A DNA stretch of 25,849 bases from an uncultured Candidatus Saccharibacteria bacterium (GCA_964371425.1 CAYJMK010000001.1:2454-28302), one strand, 5' to 3'; shown: positions 8,437-17,325, counted from the first letter of the stretch. Notes: generated by a model from the sequence alone, not told the origin. Numbers and translations are program-made.

Positions 8437-10191
8437 ATGAACGAAGATTCCAAACTGTCCCGACATACGTTCTTGTCTGGGCGTTTGGATACGCTTTCTG
8501 GATCGCTCATTGGAGCGTTGTTTACGCTCTTGACCGGTGTGCTCTTGTTTTACGCATGGCGCGCTTGGGATAATCCATCAGAATATGTGAGTACTGCTGC
8601 GCGTACGTCTATTCGTTCTGATGTTGCTTTAGCAGAAACTGTTCCACTGCCTGATCCCGCTGCGGGATGGAAAACGTATCGCAACGAGCACTACGGTTTC
8701 CAGGTGATGATTCCAGCTTATTGGGAGCCGAGTGATGCGGCTGCAACGGCTGAGGCGGTCTCCTTTGATACTCTCGAGCGGCAGGCGATCTTAACGCGTC
8801 TCCCTATTGAAGGATATATCGCTCCTGTCGAGGTTTATGTGTTTGATCGCGATGCATTGACTTTGCAAGCGACGAAAAATCCTGTTCAGTCCACACCACC
8901 GTCGTCTGCGTTTACAGAAGAACGGGATGTGATGATTGGAACGCAATTGTTTCGGCAGATGAAGTATGTCGGTTCTTCTACGCCGGGTGGTGGGCCACGT
9001 TGGTATTACATTCCTGCTGGTCAAAAGACAGAAACACCTCCGTACGCATTCTCCGCTCTTGAAGATGCTCAGTCCGTTTTATTGTCAATGTTGCGTTCGT
9101 TTGAACCGCTTTCCGCTGCAACGGCTTCTTCCACCCTTTTGAAAGCGGCATCGTTTAGGTATCTCAGGTCTTCGGTTGCAGGAGGGTCTGAAGTTGTTGG
9201 AAACGAACTGCGTGGTGCGATCGTTCGTGAGACGGTTCGTGTTCAATTACCTGTGATGAATGAAGCGATTGTTGCGGCCGATATCGATCCGACTCGTACA
9301 AAGCTTTTGTATAGCACTGCGAAGGTTGTACGTATGCGGGAGCTGGATGCTGGAACAGACTCTGTCTTGTTTTCGACGGGGACTGGAGATGCTCCCGATG
9401 GTTCTATTCCGCTGACTTCGCTGCAGTTTTCTCCAGATGGTTCTTTTGTTTCGTTTGTCTTTTCTGATCGTGTGCATACGCGGATCTCTATCATGAATCT
9501 CAAAACACATGCATTTTCTTGGAAGGATATTTCTGTTGGCCAGCCGCTGTTTTTGTGGGTTGATGCTCGACGGTTCTTGTTTGTTTCTGACGCGGGTTTG
9601 TTAACGCTTGCTGATGTTTCGCAAGATGGTATACGTTCTTTTCAATCGGATGTGCTTTCTGATGTAAAGGCGATGGTTCCCTATGCAGTCGCCTTCACAA
9701 CAGATCGGACGCGACTTGCTGTTTTAGCGGTGGGTCCTGCCGCAGCTTCAGAACAGGCATCGGCGGGGACCCGTCATGCCTTCCTGTTCTTGATCGATCC
9801 ACAGCTGGCGGACGTTGGGACGACTCGTTTACTGGAAACGGTAGATCTTGGGTTACCCATCACGGAGGCGGCTGAGCACCCTGCATCGTTTGGGTTGGCT
9901 TTCTCACCGGATGGGCAGCGTATCATTTTATCGGTTGAAGACCGTATTTGGGTTGCGGGTGCGGGTCGGCTCGAGACCTTTCGACCGGATCCATCTGTCA
10001 CACGGCAGGGACGTGTTTTAGGTACCCTGTCTTCTGGTGAATTGCTTATGAACCAATCTGCCCGTAATCCCGCGGGAGATGTGATTGGTGGACGTCTCTT
10101 ACTCCTTGACCCAGAGGGAGAGATACAACGTTTTGCTTCTTCTGTTGGTGCGAGCTCTGTTCTCCTTTCTTCTTTTGTTCTTTCACCTTGA
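8437..10191 (+). CDS. Single-pass membrane-anchored protein with a PsbP-like domain and a C-terminal TolB/WD40-like beta-propeller
   Basis: N-terminal TM; WKTYRNEHYGFQVMIPAYW motif; repeated FSPDG blade-like motifs (LQFSPDGSFV, LAFSPDGQRI). Confidence 0.75.
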   Translation: MNEDSKLSRHTFLSGRLDTLSGSLIGALFTLLTGVLLFYAWRAWDNPSEYVSTAARTSIRSDVALAETVPLPDPAAGWKTYRNEHYGFQVMIPAYWEPSDAAATAEAVSFDTLERQAILTRLPIEGYIAPVEVYVFDRDALTLQATKNPVQSTPPSSAFTEERDVMIGTQLFRQMKYVGSSTPGGGPRWYYIPAGQKTETPPYAFSALEDAQSVLLSMLRSFEPLSAATASSTLLKAASFRYLRSSVAGGSEVVGNELRGAIVRETVRVQLPVMNEAIVAADIDPTRTKLLYSTAKVVRMRELDAGTDSVLFSTGTGDAPDGSIPLTSLQFSPDGSFVSFVFSDRVHTRISIMNLKTHAFSWKDISVGQPLFLWVDARRFLFVSDAGLLTLADVSQDGIRSFQSDVLSDVKAMVPYAVAFTTDRTRLAVLAVGPAAASEQASAGTRHAFLFLIDPQLADVGTTRLLETVDLGLPITEAAEHPASFGLAFSPDGQRIILSVEDRIWVAGAGRLETFRPDPSVTRQGRVLGTLSSGELLMNQSARNPAGDVIGGRLLLLDPEGEIQRFASSVGASSVLLSSFVLSP

Positions 10192-10199
10192 GATCACGT

Positions 10200-10565
10200 A
10201 TGTCTTCTCATGATGCTGCATCTCTTTCGGTCCCAGTCCATTCGAAAAAACGATTCTGGATCCTCCTGGTGTTATTTCTTGTTGTCCTTGGTTACGGTGT
10301 TTTTCTTCAGATACGTGTTCGTCAAATGCAAAAACAACTTGTGCAGGAGGCCTCAAGTTCTGCTTCGCCACTCGGAGTGTGTCAGGCGATGCGTGATCGT
10401 GATGCAACTGAATTGAGCCGTCTGCGGAGAGATGTGACGGAAGCCCGTGATGGACGTATTGCTTCCGAACAAAAGGAAAGTGTGTGTTTGACACAACTTG
10501 GATTAGCACAGCAGCGTGCGGCGGCTGCGTCGCCCTCTTTTTCGACGGCTACGCCGACGCCGTAG
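10200..10565 (+). CDS. Small bitopic membrane protein with a C-terminal coiled coil
   Basis: ATG at 10200 (alternative TTG at 10188 overlaps the previous stop); KKR + TM helix, then Q/R/E-rich helical region. Confidence 0.7.
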   Translation: MSSHDAASLSVPVHSKKRFWILLVLFLVVLGYGVFLQIRVRQMQKQLVQEASSSASPLGVCQAMRDRDATELSRLRRDVTEARDGRIASEQKESVCLTQLGLAQQRAAAASPSFSTATPTP

Positions 10566-10680
10566 GATTGTTCTAGACGATGCTGTGTTTATGGCTTGGT
10601 GATTCTACGTGCGCCTTTTCGTTCTGTCGTATTAGCGATAGGGTTTCTTGGTCTCCGCTTCGTTTTCTTTTTTTCTCTGT

Positions 10681-12321
10681 GTGAAAGCCTCTGATCTCTT
10701 TGCGGCCTGCTTGAAGAACGAAGGTGTTTCGTGGGTGTTTGGCGTGCCCGGCGAAGAGAATTTGGATTTACTCGAGTCGTTGCGAGAGGTGGGCATTCCG
10801 TTTATCACGACACGTCATGAGCAAGGTGCGGGCTTCATGGCTGCCACGGTTGGTCGGTTGACCGGTAAGGCTGGGGTTGCGTTGTCGACGCTTGGTCCTG
10901 GGGCAACAAACTTAGTGACTGCTGCGGCGTATGCACAGTTGGGTGGAATGCCGGCTGTGTTTATCACGGGTCAGAAACCTGTGCGACGCAGCAAACAGGG
11001 CGCGTTTCAGATTGTAGATGCGAGTCATGTGTTGCGACCTGTCACAAAACACACAGAGTCTGTTTCGAGTGGTGATCGGATTCCTGCCTTGGTGCGGAAT
11101 GCGTTTCGGCTTGCGGAAGAAGAGCGGCCTGGTGCCACACATCTGGAATTACCAGAAGATATCGCCGCAGAATCGACGGAGGCCATTCCTTTTTTTGCAG
11201 AAAAAGTTCGGCGGCCTGTGGCGGAAGAAAAGGCTCTACGTTTAGCGTGTGAAATGATTCAAACAGCACGTAAACCATTGTTGTTGGTCGGTGCTGGAGC
11301 GAATCGGAAACGCACAGCGAAGATGCTGCGTGCGTTTATCGATAATACGCACATCCCGTTTTTGACGACGCAAATGGGGAAAGGTGTCTTGGATGAGCGA
11401 GATCCGTTGTATCTTGGGACAGCTGCACTCTCTACTTCTGATTATGTACATTGTGCGGTGGATGCAGCGGATTTAATCATCAATGTTGGACATGATGTTG
11501 TGGAGAAACCGCCGTTTTTGATGCGTCCGGATGGGCCCAAGGTTTTGCACGTGAATTTTTTTCCTGCACAGTTTGATGCCGTGTATTTCCCGCAGCGCGA
11601 AGTGATTGGAGATATTGCGAACGCACTTTGGCAGATCACGGAACAGATCACGGTGTCGAAGGAGTGGGATTTTGCCTATTTCTTGAAAGTCCGAGCGAAA
11701 ATCGCTGAGCGTTTTGCAGGGGTCGATACAGATGACCGGTTTCCCATGTCTCCGCAGCGGCTCGTTGCGGATGTGCGCGCAGCTGTCCCAGACGATGGGA
11801 TTGTTTCGCTCGACAACGGCATGTACAAACTCTGGTTTGCGCGACACTACAAGGCCTATCAGCCAAGTACGCTCTTGTTGGACAACGCGTTAGCTACCAT
11901 GGGTGCTGGGTTGTCTTCGGCTGTGGCTGCAAAGCTGGTTTTCCCGGATCGTCGTGTGGTGGCGGTGTGTGGCGATGGGGGATTCTTGATGGGCGGTCAG
12001 GAATTGGAGACAGCGGTTCGTTTGAAGCTCGATCTCCCAATTCTTGTCTTGAACGATGGTGCGTACGGCATGATTCGTTGGAAGCAGGATGCCATGGGGT
12101 TCCCAGGTCATGCGTTGTCGTTTGGGAATCCGGATTTTGTGAAGTATGCAGAGAGTTTTGGAGCACACGGGCATCGGGCTCAGACGGCTGGTGATGTGAA
12201 GTTGTTCCTTGAACGTGCGTTTGAAGAAGGCGGCATACATCTGATTGATGTTCCTATTGATTACGAAGACAATCGGCATGTGTTGACGAACGAATTGAAA
12301 TATAAGTCGTGTCCCGTTTAG
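10681..12321 (+). CDS. Thiamine-diphosphate enzyme of the acetolactate-synthase-like family; probable 2-oxoacid decarboxylase (OgdA-like)
   Basis: GTG start giving MKASDLF...FGVPGEEN; RHEQ catalytic Glu; LGPGATN; GDGGF-x-ND ThDP/Mg motif; no small regulatory subunit nearby. Confidence 0.88.
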   Translation: MKASDLFAACLKNEGVSWVFGVPGEENLDLLESLREVGIPFITTRHEQGAGFMAATVGRLTGKAGVALSTLGPGATNLVTAAAYAQLGGMPAVFITGQKPVRRSKQGAFQIVDASHVLRPVTKHTESVSSGDRIPALVRNAFRLAEEERPGATHLELPEDIAAESTEAIPFFAEKVRRPVAEEKALRLACEMIQTARKPLLLVGAGANRKRTAKMLRAFIDNTHIPFLTTQMGKGVLDERDPLYLGTAALSTSDYVHCAVDAADLIINVGHDVVEKPPFLMRPDGPKVLHVNFFPAQFDAVYFPQREVIGDIANALWQITEQITVSKEWDFAYFLKVRAKIAERFAGVDTDDRFPMSPQRLVADVRAAVPDDGIVSLDNGMYKLWFARHYKAYQPSTLLLDNALATMGAGLSSAVAAKLVFPDRRVVAVCGDGGFLMGGQELETAVRLKLDLPILVLNDGAYGMIRWKQDAMGFPGHALSFGNPDFVKYAESFGAHGHRAQTAGDVKLFLERAFEEGGIHLIDVPIDYEDNRHVLTNELKYKSCPV

Positions 12322-12339
12322 TGCCTTTTGCATTCTCTT

Positions 12340-13707
12340 ATGGCGATCCAGAGTTGTAATCCAGTGACAGGGGAGACACTTGCTTCGTTTGAGGAGTTCA
12401 CCCATGACGCATTAGAACATGCGCTGCATCAGGCGCATCAAACGTTTCTTATGTGGCGCGCTGTTCCGTTGGAAGATCGGCTGGTGCCGCTCCAGCGTTT
12501 AGCGGTGTTGTTTAAAGAGCGTGCGCCGCAGTTAGGTGCACTGGCCACAGCAGAAATGGGTAAGCCGATCACGCAAGCCATCGCGGAAGTGGAGAAGTGT
12601 GCCACCGCTTGTGAGCACTATGCTGAGCAAGCGGCTACCTATCTTGCTCCGGAAGAAATCGCTTCTGATGCTTCGCGTAGTTATATTCGTTTTGATCCTC
12701 TCGGTGTGGTGTTGGCGGTTATGCCATGGAACTTTCCGTACTGGCAGGCGGTCCGATTTCTCGCACCAGCGCTTGCGGCGGGGAATGTTGGGTTGTTGAA
12801 ACATGCGTCCAACGTGCCGCAGTGTGCAAAGGCACTTGAGCAGATTGTATTAGATGCTGGGTTCCCGAATGGCGCGTTCCAAAATCTGTTTTTGAGTTCT
12901 GCGCGTGTGGAAGGCGTGATTCGTGATCCGCGCGTTGTCGCAGTGACGCTGACGGGAAGTGAACCTGCGGGGAAATCCGTAGCTGCTACCGCAGGCAGTG
13001 AGATCAAGAGAACCGTCTTAGAACTTGGAGGGAGTGATCCGTTTCTGGTGTTTGCGGATGCCGATTTAGCGTTGGCGGCTCAGACGGCGGTGAAGGCTCG
13101 ATTTCAGAACGCGGGTCAAAGTTGTATTGCGGCTAAGCGATTTTTGGTCGAGCAGGCTGTTTACGAACCGTTTCTGGCAGCGTTCGTGAAAGAAACATTA
13201 ATGCTGAAGGTTGGCGATCCAGCTGATCCAGAAACCGCCATGGGTCCGGTTGCTTCTGAGCGGGCTTGTCACGAACTGGAACAGCAGGTTCATGCATCTT
13301 TAGCTCAAGGGGCCCGTCTTGTTTTAGGAGGGACACGGTTACCGCATTTAGGTCCTTCCTTTTTTGCGCCTACCATTTTGGCAGATGTGCCAACAGATGC
13401 TCCTGTTGCGTGTGATGAAACGTTTGGCCCTGTTGCTGCCGTTCTTCCGTTTCAAGACGAAGCCGAAGCGATCGCCTTAGCGAATGCGACGCCGTTTGGA
13501 TTGGGTTCTGTTGTCTTCACGCAACAGAAAGAACGTATTCAACGTCTTGCTGAAGGTCTTGAAGTTGGGTGTGTTTTTGTGAATGGCATGGTCAAATCTG
13601 ACCCGCGGTTGCCGTTTGGTGGGATCAAATGTTCCGGCTATGGCCGTGAACTTTCCAAAGAAGGCATGCGTGCATTTTGCAACATGAAAACGGTTTGGAT
13701 CGCTTAG
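12340..13707 (+). CDS. NAD(P)+-dependent aldehyde dehydrogenase, succinic-semialdehyde dehydrogenase (GabD1/Sad/SsaD-like) subfamily
   Basis: MPWNFP, LKHASNVPQ, TLTGSEPAG, LELGGSDP (catalytic Glu), GQSCIAAKR (catalytic Cys), ETFGP and SDPRLPFGG..SGYGREL motifs. Confidence 0.92.
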   Translation: MAIQSCNPVTGETLASFEEFTHDALEHALHQAHQTFLMWRAVPLEDRLVPLQRLAVLFKERAPQLGALATAEMGKPITQAIAEVEKCATACEHYAEQAATYLAPEEIASDASRSYIRFDPLGVVLAVMPWNFPYWQAVRFLAPALAAGNVGLLKHASNVPQCAKALEQIVLDAGFPNGAFQNLFLSSARVEGVIRDPRVVAVTLTGSEPAGKSVAATAGSEIKRTVLELGGSDPFLVFADADLALAAQTAVKARFQNAGQSCIAAKRFLVEQAVYEPFLAAFVKETLMLKVGDPADPETAMGPVASERACHELEQQVHASLAQGARLVLGGTRLPHLGPSFFAPTILADVPTDAPVACDETFGPVAAVLPFQDEAEAIALANATPFGLGSVVFTQQKERIQRLAEGLEVGCVFVNGMVKSDPRLPFGGIKCSGYGRELSKEGMRAFCNMKTVWIA

Positions 13708-13744
13708 AGCTCGGAATAAAAAAACAACGTCGGTCGTGGCGTCG

Positions 13745-13773
13745 TTGACGCCTTCCCTGACCTTCCGTATGCT
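13745..13773 (+). promoter_or_regulatory. sigma70-type promoter dedicated to fusA
   Basis: TTGACG-17 nt-TATGCT, 72 nt upstream of the fusA ATG. Confidence 0.75.
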
Positions 13774-13845
13774 CCCCGCGCACATCTCTGTGGGCGCGCC
13801 TTTTTCAGATCGGCGCGTCGTCATGCGTTACCAACCGAAATCGTT

Positions 13846-15960
13846 ATGCCTGCTGACTCCACCCTCGAAAAGACCCGCAATATCGGTATTATCGCCCACA
13901 TCGATGCGGGTAAGACGACGGTGACCGAACGCATTCTGTTCTTCACTGGTGTCTCGCATAAAATTGGTGAAGTGCACGAAGGCGACACGGTCATGGACTG
14001 GATGGAGCAGGAACGTGAACGTGGTATTACGATTACCTCCGCTGCAACCACCTGTTTCTGGAAGCCGATGTATGATCCGTCGCTCGGGGACTACCGGATC
14101 AACATCATCGACACACCGGGCCACGTGGACTTCACCGTAGAAGTGGAGCGTTCCTTGCGCGTGTTGGACGGCGCAGTCGTTGTCTTTGATGGAAAAATGG
14201 GTGTTGAGCCGCAATCCGAAACCGTTTGGCGGCAAGCGAACAAATACAACGTGCCGCGGGTCTGCTTCGCTAATAAAATCAACTTAGTGGGTGGATCGCT
14301 GGTCAACACGTTGAAATCGATTCACGAACGTCTCGATCCGAATGCGTTCCTTATTTGGTACCCCTACGGCGAAGGCGAAGAAAACAAAGGCGTCATCGAT
14401 CTGATCACGCGTCAGCTCTACACTTACGAAGGATCTGACGGACGTGAGCTGTCTGCGCCTCAAGATGTGCCTGCAGACTTTACGGATGTAGTGGAAAAAA
14501 CACGAGTTGAGATGATCGATCACATCGCCAACGGTGATGACGAGATCGCGGAGAAATATCTCGAAGGAACTGAATTATCCGTAGAGGAATTACGCGCAGC
14601 GCTGCGTCGTGGTGTCCTTTCTGGGAAATTGCACCCTGTCACTGGAGGAGATGGTCGCAAGGCGGTCATCAAACTTCTCCTTGACCAAGTCATTGCCTAC
14701 TTGCCGAGCCCACAAGACGTGGGTGCGGTGAAAGGAACGGATCCAAAATCAGGCGAAGAGCTTGAACGCAAACCAGAAGATAGCGAACCGTTTTCCGGCT
14801 TGGCTTTTAAGGTCGCTTCTGATCCCTTCGTTGGGAAATTGATTTTCGTGCGTGTCTACTCTGGCGTGTTGAAATCTGGTTCGTATTTGATGAACTCCAC
14901 GAAGCGTGAAAAAGAACGCGTGGGCCGCGTGCTCTTGATGCATGCGAACAAACGCGAAGAATGTGACGAAGTGCACGCGGGGAACATTGCCGCGGTGGTT
15001 GGTCTGAAGAGCACCACTACCGGTGACACGCTTTGTGATATCGACAAACCCATCATTCTTGAGCAGATCACCTTTCCAGAGCCGGTCATTTCTGTCGCCA
15101 TTGAACCCAAGACAAAAGCAGATCAAGAAAAATTAGGAAATGCTTTGAAGGCGATGGTCGAAGAAGATCCGACCTTCCGTGTTCGTACAGATCACGAAAC
15201 GATGCAGACCGTCATTTCTGGCATGGGGGAACTTCATCTCGAAATTATTGTCGACCGCATGAAGCGCGAGTACGGCGTTGAAGCCAACGTTGGTGCGCCT
15301 CAAGTGGCGTACAAAGAAACGATTCGTGGCACGGTGGAGGCCGAAGGGAAGTTCATCAAGCAGACCGGTGGTCGTGGTCAGTATGGCCACGTCTGGCTCA
15401 AGCTTGAGCCGTTGGAAGCGGGTAAGGGCTATGAATTTGCGAACGAAATTAAAGGCGGTTCTATTCCACAGGAATACATCAGCCCTGTCGACAAAGGTGT
15501 TCAAGAAGCGCTCGCAGGTGGTGTGATTGCTGGTTTCCCCGTGCTCGACGTGAAGGTGACCCTCTTCGACGGATCCTTCCACGATGTCGACTCCTCTGAA
15601 GCGGCGTTCAAGATTGCTGGTTCGATGGCGCTTAAAGAAGGTGTCCGGAAAGCGAACCCGGTTCTGCTTGAACCTCTGATGAAGGTTGAAGTCTTCACTC
15701 CGGAGAAATCCATGGGTGATGTGATTGGGGACCTCAATGCACGGCGCGGAACGATTGAAGAAATGTCAGACCAGAGCGGCGTGAAACTGGTAAAAGCCAA
15801 AGTACCGCTCGCGGCTATGTTTGGGTACGCCACACAGTTGCGCTCGCTTTCTCAGGGTCGTGCAAACTACGCCATGGAATTCGCAAACTACCAGGAAGTT
15901 CCTCGTAACGTTGCAGAAGAAATCATCGCGAAGCGATCAGGGATCTCTCGCCGCGGGTAA
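13846..15960 (+). CDS. fusA: Elongation factor G with non-canonical G4 and G5 motifs
   Basis: 704 aa; G1 [10 protein letters not shown]2 RGITI, G3 [24 protein letters not shown] and HDVDSSE all present; G4 reads NKIN and G5 reads GGDGRK. Confidence 0.98.
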   Translation: MPADSTLEKTRNIGIIAHIDAGKTTVTERILFFTGVSHKIGEVHEGDTVMDWMEQERERGITITSAATTCFWKPMYDPSLGDYRINIIDTPGHVDFTVEVERSLRVLDGAVVVFDGKMGVEPQSETVWRQANKYNVPRVCFANKINLVGGSLVNTLKSIHERLDPNAFLIWYPYGEGEENKGVIDLITRQLYTYEGSDGRELSAPQDVPADFTDVVEKTRVEMIDHIANGDDEIAEKYLEGTELSVEELRAALRRGVLSGKLHPVTGGDGRKAVIKLLLDQVIAYLPSPQDVGAVKGTDPKSGEELERKPEDSEPFSGLAFKVASDPFVGKLIFVRVYSGVLKSGSYLMNSTKREKERVGRVLLMHANKREECDEVHAGNIAAVVGLKSTTTGDTLCDIDKPIILEQITFPEPVISVAIEPKTKADQEKLGNALKAMVEEDPTFRVRTDHETMQTVISGMGELHLEIIVDRMKREYGVEANVGAPQVAYKETIRGTVEAEGKFIKQTGGRGQYGHVWLKLEPLEAGKGYEFANEIKGGSIPQEYISPVDKGVQEALAGGVIAGFPVLDVKVTLFDGSFHDVDSSEAAFKIAGSMALKEGVRKANPVLLEPLMKVEVFTPEKSMGDVIGDLNARRGTIEEMSDQSGVKLVKAKVPLAAMFGYATQLRSLSQGRANYAMEFANYQEVPRNVAEEIIAKRSGISRRG

Positions 15961-15984
15961 AAAAAGGCCCAGCTTGAGCTGGGC
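15959..15984 (-). terminator. Intrinsic terminator for the minus-strand unit converging on fusA
   Basis: gcccagct/agctgggc inverted repeat (15967-15984) preceded on + by an A7 run, which is a U-tract on the minus strand. Confidence 0.7.
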
Positions 15985-16004
15985 AACGAAACGGATGCGT
16001 GGGG

Positions 16005-16027
16005 CGCCGATCCTCAGAGGATCGGCG
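16005..16027. repeat. Perfect 11-bp inverted repeat
   Basis: cgccgatcctc-a-gaggatcggcg; the stop codon of the minus-strand small ORF sits at its apex. Confidence 0.85.
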
Positions 16028-16253
16028 GATTGTTCCTGTGCGCGGTTGACCCGATGCCTTCCATGTCGGCGCGACTGAAGTCCGGGTGCTGACCGATCGC
16101 TTCAGGTGCCATCGCCGGCTCGGTCGGCCTTGTCACAGCCGTAGCTGCACGGCGCATGGCGATGCGCTCTGCACGCGCCATCGCGTACACTGTCTGGTCT
16201 AGTGCACTTCTGACGTTGATCAGACCTTTTCCCGGAATATGAACGAACGGCAT
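16014..16253 (-). CDS. Putative 79-aa small protein (MPFVHIPGKGLINVRSALDQ...); the transcript could instead be an sRNA
   Basis: GGAGG 4 nt before the ATG; flanked by its own promoter and terminator; no family recognised. Confidence 0.45.
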   Translation of the reverse strand: MPFVHIPGKGLINVRSALDQTVYAMARAERIAMRRAATAVTRPTEPAMAPEAIGQHPDFSRADMEGIGSTAHRNNPPIL

Positions 16254-16322
16254 GTCTCCTCCCATGAGAATGTACAGGGCCGGCACGTGTCGGCCGCGAA
16301 TGATCCATCACAGATGCAGGCG

Positions 16323-16350
16323 AGTCTATCTTCCGTGTTGTTCGTGTCAA
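16323..16350 (-). promoter_or_regulatory. sigma70-type promoter of the antisense unit
   Basis: Minus strand TTGACA-16 nt-TAGACT. Confidence 0.65.
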
Positions 16351-16412
16351 GCAGCAGAAGGTGCGATACACTCCGCAGTGTAAAAGAACAGCAAGATAAG
16401 AAATAACAGCCT

Positions 16413-17300
16413 ATGACTCCATCTGCCTTCTCTCCATCTCAGAGTCCAGCTTCCGTCACTCCTCCCATTGCTCCGTCTAAGAAAAAAAACACCCTTCTTT
16501 TCTGGATCGTCCTGTCCTCCTGCACCATTATTGGACTCCTTGTCGCGCTCGTTTTGTTCTTGTTGTTCCGTGGTCCGGCTCAGTCTCTGACGGCTGCGGA
16601 TTTGGCTGCTGTTGATCTGTCTGCATTGCCTTCCGAGGATATTTCATCACAAGACTCGGAACCTGCTGTTACAGACACAACAACAGACGCGGATACCGTT
16701 GTTTCTCCTCCTCAAAAGACGACGACCACTCCTGCGCATGCACGTTTTCAAAGTAAACTTCTTCCGTTTTCATTCGTTCCTCCCAAAGCGTGTGCTGCTG
16801 TTCCGCAGGAAGCACTGTTCACATCTGCTTCTGATGAAAATATCGTGCGTGGAACATCCTACAATGCGGTTCTGATGTCTGTTGGAGAAATTGCTGCGCA
16901 GAATTGTCCCATGGTGATTGGCAGCATGTCCGCGAATTTTTACTCAAAGATCGCACGGGGTGGGACGCCGCTTGATTTGATTGGATTTGAATATCGAAAA
17001 GCTCAGGACGAACTCTTCCTTCCTGTTTGGTGGGCAAAAGAGGATGTTTCTGGTTACACCATGAAACAAGTGAAAGCGATTAAAACTCTGACGGGCGAGA
17101 CTGCGTACACAGCACAAGCTCCAAGTGTCTTTGATGCGGAGAGTGGTGTTGATATTGTCGGTGTTGTGGCCTTGCCTGCAGGCACTTCTCCTTCTGTTCT
17201 TCTCTTCTATGCAGGTACTGAGCAGGGTCAAGCAGGTGCGATGCGTGAAGCGATTGAGTCTCTTGTTGCCAGCGTGAAAATCCAGTCGGAAAAGGAATAG
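16413..17300 (+). CDS. Single-pass membrane-anchored surface protein with a T/S/D linker and a PsbP-like C-terminal domain
   Basis: KKKN + TM helix; low-complexity linker; RFQSKLLPFSFVPP motif; C-terminal ESLVASVKI ending typical of PsbP-like folds. Confidence 0.75.
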   Translation: MTPSAFSPSQSPASVTPPIAPSKKKNTLLFWIVLSSCTIIGLLVALVLFLLFRGPAQSLTAADLAAVDLSALPSEDISSQDSEPAVTDTTTDADTVVSPPQKTTTTPAHARFQSKLLPFSFVPPKACAAVPQEALFTSASDENIVRGTSYNAVLMSVGEIAAQNCPMVIGSMSANFYSKIARGGTPLDLIGFEYRKAQDELFLPVWWAKEDVSGYTMKQVKAIKTLTGETAYTAQAPSVFDAESGVDIVGVVALPAGTSPSVLLFYAGTEQGQAGAMREAIESLVASVKIQSEKE

Positions 17301-17325
17301 AGGAATACCCCCGAGATGGGGGGCC

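Noticed and set aside
10681-12321. Anabolic IlvB/IlvI of branched-chain amino-acid synthesis
   Set aside because: No regulatory subunit or other ilv genes are adjacent and it is coupled to an ALDH. Not excluded, but disfavoured.
13846-15960. EF-G as a pseudogene or a divergent EF-G2/TetM-like paralog
   Set aside because: Full-length intact ORF with canonical G1-G3, RGITI effector loop and domain IV motifs, in the str-locus position with its own promoter.
15960-16316. tmRNA or RNase P RNA (right length, about 355 nt)
   Set aside because: No tRNA-like ends or T-loop/CCA, and no GAGGAAAGUCC or other P4 signature on either strand.
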